DNA of 64,000 nt, taken from Vicugna vicugna. Its lineage: Eukaryota. The notes beneath the pieces were generated by a model. It had not been told where the DNA came from, did not search any database, and saw nothing but the letters and a program-made list of their open reading frames with translations. Below are positions 49,639 through 63,378 of the stretch, piece after piece. The stretch covers positions 560,001 through 624,000 of the forward strand of contig MU058153.1 of the NCBI GenBank assembly GCA_013265495.1. Reading direction: 5' to 3'. The translations under genes and the position numbers were made by a program. The first letter of the stretch is position 1; each line of letters opens with the position of its first letter.

Positions 49639-50385
49639 GACCTTGACCGTTTGACCATAAGCTGCTGAGCCATTTTCTGCAAGATTTATTCTGTCATTGA
49701 AGTCTTTTTTTCTTTTACGTCTTACATATGTGGAATACTATTCCCTAAATCATAACTAAGTTCAGTTTTAGGAGACTTTTATAAGAAACACTTCTTATTT
49801 AAAACTTAACCATTATGTAAAACAATAGAGATGTACAAATATTTTTTTCTTTAGAACATTAGCCAAAAATAACTATATCATCAGATTTTGTTTGCATTTT
49901 CAATTGATGCCTGTAGTAAATGTGATAAGTAAAAAGATTGAATGTGATCGTCAAAATTACATACTTTTTTACATACTTATAAATCTTGGAAAATGAAAGT
50001 TCCAAATTAAAAGTTAGTTGGCATTGATGTAGGATATATTTAAATTTATTCGACTTGTGTTAAAATATGAGCTGTGCCAGTAAAACATGGTTGCCTCATT
50101 CTGGGAAGACCAGTTTCTTTCAACCAAGAGAACCCCTTAAAATCTAACTACATGAATGCCTAATTTGACAGATATGAAAGTTAACACAAGTATGATTGCT
50201 TTGTCAAAAGTTACCCCATGGCAGATTTAAATCTAGAATTTTAATTTCTTTTAAATTTAGTGTTATTTCTATTAGATATCATTTTGTGTCTTTTTTTTTG
50301 ACACAGATATTCTGGTGACACTACTTAGTTAAAAATATTTTTCTCTTCCCATTTAGTGACAGTAGTTCGTCTGGTTTATAAAGTC

Positions 50386-50537
50386 GGGGGGAGGGTATAG
50401 CTCAGTGGTAAAGAGCATACTTAGCATGCACAAGGTCATGGGTTCGATCCCCAGGACCTCTGTTAAGTAAAAAAATAATAAAAATAAGTAAGTAAAGTTA
50501 ATTACTACTCCCCCCAAAACAATTAAAAAATAAATAA
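50386..50537 (+). mobile_element. tRNA-derived SINE, camelid vic-1 type, full length
   Basis: ggggagggtatagctcagtggt (A box) ... gggttcgatcccc (B box), A-rich tail, TSD ataaagtc at 50378-50385 and 50538-50545. Confidence 0.9.
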
Positions 50538-50883
50538 ATAAAGTCATTTGGCATCATGTGGCTTTAGTCTCACAGAAGTCCTTTATGTGCTGGTGCCGTT
50601 TATCTGGAATCATTTCCTAGGAATTGACATAACATTTCAAAATACTAGCATTCTGTTTAAGACTTTTGATAGGTGAGTGCCTAATTTGTCTTCCAGCTAG
50701 ACTATATCAATTTATAATTTGTGAGCTTCCAAGCCACTTAAAGTTTAGCAAAGTGACTTTGTGTTCTTCTTGTTTTTTCCTATGTCAGTAAAAAAAAAAA
50801 TTCAGTGCACATAATGTTGCCTAGTTTTATTCCCCTCTGTGTCCTTTGTGCTTGACAGCTGATAAGTCCTTAATAATATTTGC

Positions 50884-50890
<7 letters not shown>

Positions 50891-50924
<34 letters not shown>
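50891..50924. repeat. (TAA)n microsatellite
   Basis: About 11 units. Confidence 0.95.
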
Positions 50925-50925
<1 letters not shown>

Positions 50926-51189
50926 CATTATTGTTAAGTAGAAGGAAAATATCTGGTAGAATTTGGACAGAGCCATTGATGATTAACTTGGGTGAGGAAT
51001 GTTGTCTGTGGAGAGAGGAGTTGGGGAGATAGAAGTAGTGTGGTATTTTAAATTTCTTCTTAAACCATTTCTGTATTGGTTGCTTTTTTTTTTAATGTCA
51101 ATGAGCTCATTTGAAAAGTTATCCTTAGTGAAATATTGTGGTGATGGAAAAGAAGTGAAAGAAACTCCCATATACTATATGCAAGACTT

Positions 51190-51365
51190 GTTAACATGCA
51201 TAATCTTACTTTAATTTCTACTAAGCTTTTGAAATACATAATCTTCTTCTCCATTATGAAGATAAGAAAGCAGTGGCTTAGCAAGGTCAAATGACTTGTT
51301 GCAAGCCAAATAGCTATGCAGCAAGGAAACTGCAAGTGAACTCAGGTTTGCCTGATCTAGACTAA
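51190..51365 (-). mobile_element. MIR remnant
   Basis: gataagaaagcagtggcttagcaaggtcaaatgacttg...gaactcaggtttgcctga. Confidence 0.5.
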
Positions 51366-52742
51366 TTTGCAGTGGATCTGGGAGTTTGATACAGAAACCT
51401 ATGTTCTTTCCCCTGTGCTAAGCTGTCTATCAGGAGGGTGGTGAGCTGACTTCTGAGATCAAGATGTCTGTGCACAGAAAAGGAAACTGTTGGCTCTTTT
51501 GCAGAATCCCAGTTCTGAAGTTAATGAGTTCAAGTGTCTGGGAGAACGGGCTTCCCACAAGGTCACACAACGGGAGTCAGTGATTTCTGACTCGCTGCAT
51601 ATCCAGCTCAGTTCCTTGCCAGTTCTCTTGGAACCAGCCTTGTGGTTTCATTTCCTATTGACAAGGACAAGTTCCAGAATCTGATTTCAAGTGAATGAGT
51701 GGGAAAAAAAAAAGTGGTGGTGAGTTCTCATATACTGTGGCTGCCTTTCAAGTATTAAAGTAACTGTCTGCTTTCTTTTCCGAAAAGCAGTAGCTTTTCT
51801 TGTTATAATAAATGGCAGAGATACAGGGATGGAGATTTAGCAAAGTATAATTATGATGAGAAAGTAAGAGAATAGAAAACAATAGCTTCTAAATATAAGG
51901 AGTCCTTCAAAATGAGCCAGTATATAAAATCCATAATGCACAATCCAAAGCAACGGAAGTTTCAAGAAATGAGACTTGAAATCCTTAAAGTAAACTCTTT
52001 TTGATTCCTGAATATAATGGATCAAAATAGACACAATGGAAATATAGAAATTATACAGATTATCCCAACATACTGCTTTTTAAAGTATTGAAATATTTGA
52101 ATCAGTTACTATTGCGTTGCACAATAAAAAAGAATGCCTTGGCTCTCATAATTGGAAAGCCCAAATGCACGGCGAGCTTCATGTCTAGTTGATTTAATCA
52201 GCAGTAATCTAGAGTTTCTTTCTGTTTTCTTGCCACCCAGAGATCCTTCATTATCCAGTGACCATCTGCCCTCATGTTTTAAGAATTTCTGTTAACTACA
52301 GTGTGTGCTGTAGATTTCTGCATTCAAAGAACACAATATTACCCAAGTTTCAGGAAAAACTAGACTGTCTTATGTCACATATACACTCGAGTTGACTACT
52401 GTTGTCAGGGACATTCCCCTGGAACCGGACATGAGGGTCATTGCCCCTGATAACCCTAAACTCTGAGATGTTTCATTATGGAACAAATGAAATCCCAAGA
52501 TTTTATTTAAGGGAAAAGAAGAAATGGCTTCTGGGTAGACATTCAAAAATTATAGTTCAAAGTAAATATATTAGAATGAATGGAATATTTTAGCAGTATA
52601 GTTTACAAAGGTCTACCTCCATAAGATACCTATTTATCAAGCTTGTACTGTGTATAGAGACACATTGTGTAAATGTGTGTAGAGAATTTTTTTCTAAAAT
52701 TTCAATTACTTTTTTCTAAACATTCCAATTACCTTCTCAGGT

Positions 52743-53322
52743 ATGTTTGTTTTTTCAGGTCAGCTATTTCTGTTTAACAAATAAATTCAAAGCTTAAGTG
52801 ATTTAAACCAACAATAAACATCTGTTATCCCTCATTTCTGTGGGTAAGGAATTAAAGGCAGCTTAGATGGGTAGTTTTGGCTGGGGCTTTCTCAAGAAGT
52901 TGGCTGGGGTTGCATTCATCTGAAGTCTTGACTGTGCTCAGAGGTCCTACACACATGGTGACCCACTCACATGGTTGGCTTGACTAGAGTTGAAGGATCC
53001 AATTCTGAGTGGAGACTCATGAATTTCTGTTGGTTGTTGACAAGTACCTCAGTTCCTCTCCAAGAGAGTGACTCCATGGGGCTCCTTAAATGGCCTTATG
53101 ATATGGCAGCTGATTTCTATCAAAGCAAGCGATTCAAGTAAGCAAAATGGAAGCTGCAATCTCTTTTATGAACAAACAAACCTCTGAACTCACCTAAATC
53201 ACTCTTGCAATCTCCTCTTGGTTATATGGGCCAACCCTATTTAATATAGACGGAATCTGCCCAAGGCCATGAGCCAGGAAATGAGGATCATTGGACACCA
53301 TCTTAGAGACTGACAACCAAAT
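52743..53322 (-). mobile_element. MaLR solo LTR (MLT1F/G/H-like)
   Basis: gtcagctatttctgtttaacaaa...ttctgtgggtaaggaatt...gatcattggacaccatcttagag. Confidence 0.75.
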
Positions 53323-54622
53323 ATAAGTATTACTCACCCTTAATTGGAGTTGAAAACAACAGGCTCGGGTGGTTTAAGATCACAGTGTGATGTCAGGGCA
53401 CAATGTTTTCACCACTGAACTAATGAGGCCAGCACCATTTGCTCCAAAGATTACTATTCTCCTATTAGAAATTCTCATTTCACCTTCCACAAAGCTAAGA
53501 TATGTGGGACAACTATAACTGGTCTTAGTTTATTCATGATCCAGTCCTGTAGGTGAGGCCTTCATTGGTTAAATGAGTTGCCCAAGATCGTTCTTCATAT
53601 TTTGGCAAACAGTTGACACAGGTGACCATCAAGACATATACACTGAGTAGTTTAAAATGTTTTTGAGATGAGTGTTTCAGGAAAATAAAATTCAGCTAGT
53701 TTTATACTACAGCTGGGATCTTGTCTTTTGTCCTACTTTTTATGCAGATAGCTCACAAAGGTCTCTCAGGCTTAATCGCAATCTTGAGTCTCTTTATAAT
53801 GGTGCCAAAGAGCACAATATTATATTGGTGACAATTGGTGACAATATATTGACATTATAATCTCAACCCAGACTTATGATTATAACCTTTAGTTTATATA
53901 TACATACGTAATTATATGTACTTCTATAACTTTTCCTCTTACTCTTTCTCTCTCTGTGTATACACACACACACAACTAGTACTGTGCCTAGAACATATTA
54001 AGTGTTCAATAAATATATTATTGCAATCAAAACATATTACAAATAAAAATAATTATTTTAATATTACCTTGTAGTCTACATTTAAGTATATATTTAATGT
54101 GTGAAATAAAACTAAATTTTAAGCATTTAAGCAAGGGAAGATTTAGAGATTTAGCTCTAAAGTTGATAGGATAAATTCAGCATTAACTCTGTATCTTTTA
54201 TTCTCTTTATTGTATGTTTTAAACAATTACTCCTCCTTTGCCTGCTCCCTTACCCCAGTCAATTCCCAAGGCCCTTGGACTTCAAAGAAGGAAACAATAC
54301 TTATTAAGGCATTAATGTCTTCATAAGCCTGTCTCCCTAAAAAAGATATTCATACAGTTGAAGGATAATCAAGGGAAGAAAACTTCTTTATATGAAGAAA
54401 ATGGATAATGTGACAGTTTCTGGGAAATGATGACATTGCAAAAAAAAAAAAAAAAGAAAGAAAATCACAGCAGCTATTTAGAAGTGGAGAATCTTTCTCA
54501 CACTTACAGACCACTGAACAACTAATCCAATTTTTAGGCATATGGTAAGTACTGTTTGGATTACAGAATGAATCCAAAATACACCATTTCCTAAATTAGA
54601 TGATTCACATTTGTTAACTGTG

Positions 54623-55118
54623 CATGTCTTCCTTGACTTATGACAGGGTTATGTCCCAATAAACTCATTGCAAGTGGAAAATATCAGTCAAAAATGCATT
54701 TTTGTACCTAACCTACCAAATACATAGCTTCGCCTAGCCTAGCTTAAACATGTGCAGAACACTTACATTAGCCTACAGCTGGGCAGAGTCATCTAACACA
54801 AATCCTATTTTATGCTAAAGGGTTGAGTATTTCATGTAACTTATTGAATACTGTACTGAAAGTGAAAAACACAGCGGTTGCCTGGTTTTACAAAATGGGT
54901 GTATCAGTTGTTCACACTTGTGATCACGTGACTGACTGGGACCTTCGGTTCACTGCCATCACCCAGCGTCACAAGAGAGTACAATATGACGCGTTGCTGG
55001 CAGAAAAGATCACAATTCAGAATTCAAAGTATGATTTCTACAAAGTGCATTTTACTTTTGCAACATGATTAAATTTGAGAAATTGTAAGTCAAACCACTG
55101 CAAGTCCAGGATTGTCTG
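54623..55118. mobile_element. Tigger5/MER47-type TcMar DNA transposon derivative
   Basis: Degenerate TIRs (cttgacttatga / tgcaagtccagg) and internal acctaacctacc...cacttacattagcctacag matching MER47. Confidence 0.88.
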
Positions 55119-56249
55119 CATTAGAGTATTAAAGGCCGACTAGTAATATATAGTAATAAAAGTGATAGTAATATTACTAGGGCCAGGTGAAGCCTCTTTA
55201 GCAATGCTTTATACTGTCTCTGTCACTGAGGGACCGTGTCACTGAGCACTGTCTTGGGAGTGGCAGACAAAACAAACCTAACAATTGTCAGCATACACCT
55301 TGTTTGTCTTGCTGGCAGACTGCTGACCTGGTTCAGGGGTCCAGCCTCCAGCGCGCTCAGTGGTGCCCCTCCCAGTCACAGAGTTAAAGCAAATATCGTG
55401 GCTTAGTTCCCTTGCTAGTGTCATGATCTGATTCTAGACAAAGTGATACTGGAAGACATTCAGTGGGAAGGCTTTTGCTAATAACTTTCTTCGTTAATTC
55501 AAGTGAACTCATTGAAAACAGTATTATTTGCTGGACATTGTTGGTTCTTCTTGTGCCCATTTCATCCAAGAGAGGAAACAGTGTTGGCATGTTAAAGAGA
55601 ACGAAGTAGAAAAGATGGAAAAACCCCCTTGTCCCTGACTGCACTTTAGAAATTCTGAATTTAATCAATCCTGGGACTGGCCTACTGACAGTTGGATGAA
55701 CTGAGGGACAAGAGGTCTGTGCATCTGTGATTCTGGAGACATACTTATCCAAAGCCCCCAAGGAGTTCTCCTGCTTTACTGCTAAATCTCTGTAAGCTCG
55801 TCAAGGGAGGTCAAGCTAATTACTGTATTGGTTCACGAAAACTGCAAAATGGCCCTAAAACGGGCTTAGCATGAGGAAGGGCAGACAACCTGAGATGTTT
55901 GACATGGACTCAGATCAATGGAAGTGTTCCATGTACACTTAAAAAGAAAAAAAAATGGAAAGAAAAAGAAAAGAAAATCCAAATCCAATTTCTTTCTTTG
56001 AGAAACATGACTGTGGGGCCCAAGGCTTCTATATCTAAGGAAACCCAGTACTTCGCTTCCTTACTGCTACAGAAACTGCTTCCCACCTCAAATTTGAGAG
56101 AACTGGGGTCCAGGGTGACTGTGGAAGCCACGAATCAGTGTCCCATTCCATTTCACGTTTAGATTATAGAAGTACAAGCTTCTGTTGTGTCCTTGCCATC
56201 ACTGAGGGACATGAACTGGAGTATGGTACAGAAAACCCATCTGCATGCA

Positions 56250-56785
56250 ATAATAATGGCTAACATTTATTGCACTAAGGCCACATTATGCCAGGCACAG
56301 GTCTCATCAATTCATGTGTATTTAGCTCGCAGCCTTTAGGGAGTGACAATAAGGACACAGTGATGTTGAGCAGATTCCTCAAGGTCACTACTGCAGACTT
56401 AATACCTGTTCTCCCACCCCCCACCCAGTCCTCACTGTGACAGTGTTTGGAGGTAGAACATTAGGGAGGCTATTTGGTCATGAAGGTGGGGCCCTCATGA
56501 ATGGGATTAGTGTCCTTATTAAAGAGTCTCCAGGAAGCTCCCCTGCTCCTTCCACTAGGTGAAGACACAGGGAGAAGACTGCCATCTATGAACCAGGCCG
56601 TGGGCTCTCACCAGACACGAAATCTCTTGTCTCCTTGATCTTGGACTTTCCAGAATCTAGAGCTGTGAGAAATAAAGTTCTGTGCTTCATAAGCCACCCA
56701 ATTTCTGATTTTCTGATATAGCAGCTCAACTGGACCAAGACAGTCACACACTGAGTAAGCAGCACATCTGGGATTCGAAGGCACT
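56250..56785 (-). mobile_element. MIR SINE split by an MLT1 LTR
   Basis: aataatggctaacatttattg...aaggtcac [LTR] gtcacacactgagtaagc...gggattcgaa. Confidence 0.65.
56389..56742 (+). mobile_element. MaLR solo LTR (MLT1A-like)
   Basis: 5-bp TSD GTCAC (56384-56388, 56743-56747); ggggccctcatgaatgggattagtg; gagaaataaa. Confidence 0.9.
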
Positions 56786-58579
56786 TTGCTCCATAATCTG
56801 AATTCCCAAACATTATCCTGGACTGGTGTGCACTGTATAGCCCTGCCCACTCTGCTGACCTGAAATGGTTCTACTGGCAGAGCTCATGGATCTGGGGAGG
56901 TTTAACCCTTTTCATTCTTAGAAAGATATTTTTTAAAGTCTCAGGAGAAGTAAAAGCTGGCCCCAGGCAGGGTGAATGGTGGAGTTTTGAAGGGTTTAGA
57001 CACCATTGAACCACTTCGGAGATTATAGCATCTAGAAGTTTAGGCAGAGGGTAAGGGAAATATAGAAAACCCAGGAAAGAAACATAAGCAGACTTTAGGT
57101 AGTTCCTGGGCACCCAATTGGTCAAGAGAAGGGAAAGGAACCAGGTCTTCTGTATTGATAGAGAGGCATGAGGGTTCATTCATCACCTCGTGTTAAAGCT
57201 TTAGTTAACTTGAAAAGTGTGTCAGTCTTTGAGTTGTTCCTGCCTCAGTAGATAGCTGCCTTCTAATTCCAGGCTCTTCCTGAGAAAATAAAGAGAACGT
57301 GGGCTAATATCCACAGACTTACGCCGTAACTAAGAAATGGAAACCCATACTTCCATCGACCGTCACGAAAGAAGGAAATGTAGGGGATGGCCAGTGCATC
57401 CCCAACGTATCTATGACACATGACAGGAAAAATAAACAGCTTAAAAGCCTTTTGACGATAACTCTTGCAGCCTTATCTTATATGCTCTATGTTTGCTAAT
57501 ACAATTTAACATCATTTAGTAAATGATTTATTCTAGTTGGTAAAATAATGAGAAAGAATTGGATCACTGCTTCTACAAAGAATTTCTCTGAGTAGAGACA
57601 GGCGATTGAACTCATAAATGCCAAAATATATTCCCTGGTTAAGTCACCACAAAGCGGCTGGCTTTATGCTTGAGTTATTAGTAATGTTTAAACAGAACAC
57701 TGAGAGTACCTTTTGTGCGCTAATTGAAAAATACAATAAAAAGATAGATTGTCTTTATGGAAAGTTCATGTGATCTAGCTAAAACACTTACCTTACTGCC
57801 AAAGATCAGACAGTATTTTGCCTTTTTCTTTCCCCCTTTTAAATTTCTTCCAGTTTGTTTCAATAAAATGATGGAAGCCTGGACGGCACTTCCTTCTTTT
57901 GGTTTCTGCAAGAAGGGTAACATATCAAAACCGAAACGTGTACAATGCAAAATGAGTGTGCAGCCCTCGGCCCTGTTAGTGCTGGGAACTGAGTCCTCAA
58001 TTGATCGTGCTTTCCTGAGCGTTCAGAATCCCTGTCCAAACTGAATCTATAAGACAGGATCCAAGGCATGGCAGAGCTTTGCTGCCTTATGTCGTAAGCA
58101 GATCCGTAAGCCGAGCTAGAAAGCTGCTAATCCCTGCGTTATTTTAAGCAACTCCAAGACTGAGTCCTTTGATTTCTCACTAAGACTGGATGGCAATCAA
58201 ATGCCCAGTCACTTGGCTACTGTTAGAAATAACACTCCTGGACTGTGTTTCTTACAGTGTTACATTGTCTCTTAAATTTATCTAAAGCGTATCTCCAAAG
58301 TAAAAAATATGTCTATGTACTAAAGGTTTTACAGGACAGGTACAATACTGCTTAAGTGGTGTAGTGAGTTATAATGTTTAAATGTTATCTGCATCTTTAA
58401 ATGGAAAATATTTTAGTTCTGTGTTAAATATGTAAAGGCATAAATGCAGTCTTGCTTGGTTTTTTTTGATAGTGGCTTTTCCACTTCTACTTTTTTTTCC
58501 CCTAGACAGGTTGCTATGAATCCGTAAATTCAGTAAAAAGTTCTAATTTTAACATAAGGCCAGATAAATATTCCTTAAG

Positions 58580-58830
58580 AATAATAATTAGCATCAATAA
58601 CTTGCTAAGAGTCAACTGCCCTACTAAGCATTTAAATGATTTGAGCTCACTTAACCTTCACAATAACCCTGGAAGATATGTGCTGTAATTTGCTTGGTTG
58701 GTGGTTGAGTAACTTGAGCCAAAGGGCTGGCTTAGAACTTAAGAAATTGATCCAGATCCTGTAACAAATAATTGGTGGAGATGGGATTTGAACCCAGGCC
58801 ATCCAGCTTCTAAATCTAGTCTCTAGCCTT
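58580..58830 (-). mobile_element. MIR SINE
   Basis: taaccttcacaataaccctg...gggatttgaacccagg. Confidence 0.65.
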
Positions 58831-58964
58831 ACTCACTCAGCTACACAGAAAAAGAAGAGTTGAGAGTCTGAGACATTTATTAAGTATGTCTAATGGGTCA
58901 CACTGAGCCAGACACAAATGATGTGGTTGTCATAATTCTTCTTCTGGAAGCATTTGCTCCCTGG

Positions 58965-59172
58965 TTGTGGTCTCTTTAACATGTGATGTGATCTGACAAC
59001 GGTATTCCGGTTGAGATGTGTAGTCTGACCAAGGCCAAGTAGGGCTAAATGATCTTCTCCCTTATTCTAGATGCTATGCCTCTATTAATAGGGCTCACGT
59101 TTACTTTAGATTTTTTGCTGCTGCTAGTGTTTCAGATAAGACAGTTGTCATCTAAAACCTTCAAGTCTTCCC
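58965..59172 (-). mobile_element. L3/CR1 LINE remnant
   Basis: gtctgaccaag...ctcccttattctagatgctatgcctctattaat...taaaacc resembles the L3 consensus. Confidence 0.55.
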
Positions 59173-61841
59173 ATCTGGAGGAAATGAGAGAGGAAGCTCA
59201 TTGAGAGGGAGGGATGAAAGACGGTGTAGAGACCAAACAGGAAGATTTTACAGGACAGGTGGGAAGTCAACCTGCCGCTGAAATTATGAGGAGCAGTTTA
59301 GGTGGCAAGAAGGGTAAGGTGTGACAATCAAAAAGAGACGGCAACTGAGCTTGTGAGCCTGTATTTTCCCAGGTGCATTCATCTGCTCGAAGTGAGGGGG
59401 CTCAGAGTGGAACTGGGGTTTTGAAATGTGTGCAAATTTTTTTTTTTTTGACAACTGCTATGGGAAATTGTAACGGGGAGTTAACATATTGGTCTTTATT
59501 TATAGTTTCTGTATGTTCCAACGTAGTTGCCACAGAAACCCTGTCATCTTGCACCACACCTCAATTCAGATTTGACAGGAGGAGTGCAGGGGAGAGGGGA
59601 CGGCGTGCACAGGAGTTTTAATTGATCTCCGGATTGATATATAGTCTGTGTGTAACCCATGTGTCTCTGATGCTGACCCCAGCTACGTATTTCTGAAAGT
59701 ACCCAGGGAGTGTCTCCCGTGCGCTTCAGAAGGAAATCAGTCAGAGATCACAGAGCATCTGTTGATTCCCGTGCCTCTTCCAGCCTCCTTTGGTGAACGA
59801 GCCCTTTCATCAGTGGACATCGATCTCTATTACAGCCCACTGCACTGTGCAGCTCGTGTGCCTTCAGGGAATACCACCCCCACTGGTGCCATTGGAACCG
59901 CAGGCTGCCCTCCTTTCCCACTGCACTTCAATCACAGCCAATTCTGGGAGGTGGCCTTGTCCTCCAGGCACCACTGTCACCCATCAGCCCAGCTCAGTCG
60001 TTCAGCAACTGAGGCTTAGGATCCCAGGCTGGTGGTGTAAAGTTAAGAGATGTTGTACCTTTAAGGTTTTTGTGGATGTCCTGCACTGTTCGCGCTTGCC
60101 CCAGTGTCTTCCATGAAACAACTTTTTTTTTTCCAGTTTTGTTATAACAGCCCTTTGCACTCCAGAAAACTGAAGCCTGAATAGAGAAGGGGGTGGGGCA
60201 GGGCTGGGAGATAAATCCAAGTAACCCTCATATACTCATAATATCTCTTCCCCTCTGAGTGCCCGTGGTTTTAATATCAGCCCAAGCTTGTAATCCCTGG
60301 TTCTGCGTCTTTGAGAGTCCATTTTGTTTAGTTTTGTTTGCAAGGACACTTTTCAGTTCTGGATGTGAATAGACTTCTTATGGACCCAGCCACCAGTTAG
60401 AAGACCTGTCATAGCTACCTGGGCAGTGGACTTGGCCCGGGCTCCAGCTGGAACTCTCACTGCATGACGTTGCATTACCAGGTCTGCTCCATGCTGCTTG
60501 GGAAAAGGTATGCAAGAGGGCCAACCCCTTGTTGTTCTGTTAGTACCCACATTGTTGCAAACAACAAGTATTTATAGTCTGTCCCCAGGTACTTATAAGC
60601 CCCAGAATGTATCCGAGCACTGCTCTGAGACTTGACCTTTGGAAGTTACTTCTGTAATTTGACAGTTATTTGAGGTCCACAAGCTGCCTTTGGTAGAGAA
60701 AGGGACTAGATGACAACTTTACTTCTCTCTCCCAGGCCTGGTCTTTATCAATACTGTTTATTCAAGGTCAGTGTTGTGGGAAGTTCCTTTCACCTGAACA
60801 TTCATGTTAGTCTCCTGTAGATCATAAGGATCACAGGATTCTTCTAGAAAGATGTGGGCCCATATGTGGGCAGCAGGACACAGCCCCATCTGTCTTCAGC
60901 CTGTACATGAGCACTGAGGCCCCTCAGGGGTCGCTACAACCTTCCCTGCGGTAGGTACCCTCCCAGTTAGGAACCCTTCCTCTTACATTTCACCTTTTTG
61001 AGTCCTGCAGGAAAGGTGGAGGGGCTGAACTCTGAAATTAGAATTGTGTTTTAAATAAAGGGAGGAAGCTGAGGGGCAGAAAGACATTTCCACTCTGAAG
61101 AACTTCAGATCTGTTGTTGCTGATCTGTAAGATGCACGTGGTAAAAGACGAGGGTCTGTGGGAGGGCGGCCGCTCTCCCAGACAGAGAGCCACGCACACA
61201 GTCAGTTGGTAATGAGATTCTCCACAGCCGCAAACTGCTCTGTCCATTCATATTTCTTTCCACCTGTCCCCACAATGGTGTCTGTTTGCTCAGCCCACAT
61301 GCAACAAGGCTGTGTTTGTGAGTCAGGGCCCATTCATTGGCTGTCTATTTAGAAGTCTTGACGGAAAATCCCGTGAAAAGCTCCTCAATTCAAATTCCTC
61401 TTTAATGACTTGCTCCATTCACCAGAGATGGCCGGGGGAGGGTGCTGGGGCTTGACTTCTTCCACTATGGGACACAAGAAAGCATTTTTTATAAAGCTCC
61501 TGACGTGCCATGATTATTAAACAAAAAGTCATGATAAACGATGGAATCGGAGGGAGTTCAGCTGTTCTCCATGCCTCTCTTTGGGCTTCCCCTCCCCACC
61601 CGCCCAGAGAATTAGTTGCTTGATTGGTTCTCCCTGGATGGGTTTAAAGATTTTATTGGAAGAGAATGACGTTAGTTGTAACCCTTGTTAACAAAGCCAA
61701 GGGACAATTACAATGATCTGGATTCTATGGCTTGGATTGCGGTTTTGCTAGTTGAGGCACATGGAACATGGGAAAATATTTCTTTGTGTTTTTGGTTCTA
61801 TCTGTATATTTCTTAGTTTATAGAAGAAATCCGTTTGGTAC

Positions 61842-62287
61842 TGTCGGGGAAGAAGGAATTTTTGTGTACCCTTCTAGGCTCTTCTGCTTGATCTGAGAAT
61901 TAAACTAAATAAAACAAAAGCTTAATAATATGTGTACATGGGAGGGACCCAGGAAAACTGGGTAGCTCACCAGAGTGGCTGAAACCCACCCCTTAAATGC
62001 TGTCTTCAGCTGAAGACAGAAGGACTTGTTAGGGGATAGTGGTTTGGGGCTTCAAAGGGAAGGAGGCAGTTCACAAGGAGACAGAAGACAAATGTTTGGT
62101 GAAAAAAAACAGATAGCTGTGGTGATAGCTCTATTCCAGGATCAGGCTGTCTATCTAAATCCTTATAAGCAGTTAAGGGGAAGATCAACATTTCTTCTTG
62201 AGTCTTTTGGGCCATGGTGGGTCTCAACTTGAAATAATGGGCATGCCAAAGAGACATTTTGGACTGGCAAGTTCTGCTCCCTTTCCA
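61842..62287 (-). mobile_element. ERV1 solo LTR (MER34-like)
   Basis: Reverse complement begins tggaaagggagcagaacttgccagtccaaaatgtctctttggcat; TG...CA ends. Confidence 0.75.
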
Positions 62288-62439
62288 TGCTAGGTAATCA
62301 ACTACTGAGACAGTCCCTAATAAGTGCATGATACATGGGAACATCGCATAGATAGAGGAAAACCTGCTGTTTTCTGAGCCTGGTTTGAGTTACTGCCTTA
62401 ATTTGAGTAACTTTCTTTAGACTCACTCACTCAGGGTTA

Positions 62440-62660
62440 AAGGATTTTCCCATAGACCTCCTTAACGTCTCGTACAGCCTCTTTCCTATCACTCATTACC
62501 ATCAGGAATAATGTGTAATTCTTGAGTTTCCCCCCTTTAGAATCCATCATCCGTGAGTTCAGGGACTGTGTCTGACACATTCACTGCTGGATCCGCTCTC
62601 AGAACAGCACGTGCCGTGCAGTACGTGCCCAGTGAGTATTTCTTGAGTGAATGAATGACT
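62440..62660 (+). mobile_element. L2 3' remnant
   Basis: cagggactgtgtctga...gagtatttcttgagtgaatgaatga. Confidence 0.65.
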
Positions 62661-63002
62661 CACAGTCTGACACTCTTTATATTTTTAAAGAGTCCCTTAC
62701 AAGAATTTTCCCAAGTAGAGAGTAAATTGAAGAACACACAGCGAGATCTCAATTTGCCATTAAAATGTTTTGCTTCTTATCTTTGCTTTCCAACATGCAG
62801 TCTGCATAGGCGAGTGCTAAGTGATGAAGGTGAAGCCAAGATTTCACCAGCTTTCTGCCCTCAGTGACCTAAGAAACTCTCAGTGGCGATAGAAAAAAGA
62901 AACGTTTAGTGTCATAAAAGAGAGAGAAACAAACTGCTCTGGAATTTCAGACACGAGAAAGTTTATCTTTAGCTGTGGGAATCAGTCTTTGTGAAGAAGC
63001 TT

Positions 63003-63216
63003 CTAGGGTGAAGCAAGTAAGGTTTGAGCCTCAAGCATAACATTCAAGGGGGCACCAAAACTCTCAGTAATCGAGATGAATAATATTTAATGTGATATTT
63101 TACAAAATCAATATTGATATCCAAGATACCGTGATGAACAAAATATTAAAATTTAAATAAAGTATCACTGAGTTTTTCTTTTGCCTCAGGCTCCATTATG
63201 ACTTGGAGTGGCCTTG
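63003..63216. mobile_element. MER96B-like hAT-Tip100 MITE
   Basis: aagggggcaccaaaactctcagtaatc...gatgaacaaaatatt...ttttgcctcaggctcca. Confidence 0.75.
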
Positions 63217-63378
63217 GTGCTAATATTAAGGAGGTGAACGTTTTGCAAAGGGAGACTTAGGAGAGTTGACCATCAGCACAGAAGAGGGAGAGAAAAGATG
63301 TTCTGGGGAAACTGGAGTAGCCTGATTTGATCAAAGGAACATGTAGGGGGTATTAGTAATATTCTAGGTGATTCAAAA

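Noticed and set aside
50386..50460. tRNA-Ala-like gene
   Set aside because: The A-rich tail, TSD and a second diverged copy identify it as a SINE, not a tRNA gene.
55140..55180. 10-bp inverted repeat CTAGTAATAT...ATATTACTAG
   Set aside because: Low-complexity TAGTAAT reiteration in AT-rich DNA; no evidence of function.
57860..58140. CpG-enriched non-repetitive patch, possibly an enhancer
   Set aside because: Conservation and chromatin state cannot be assessed from sequence alone, and the motifs are short and expected by chance.
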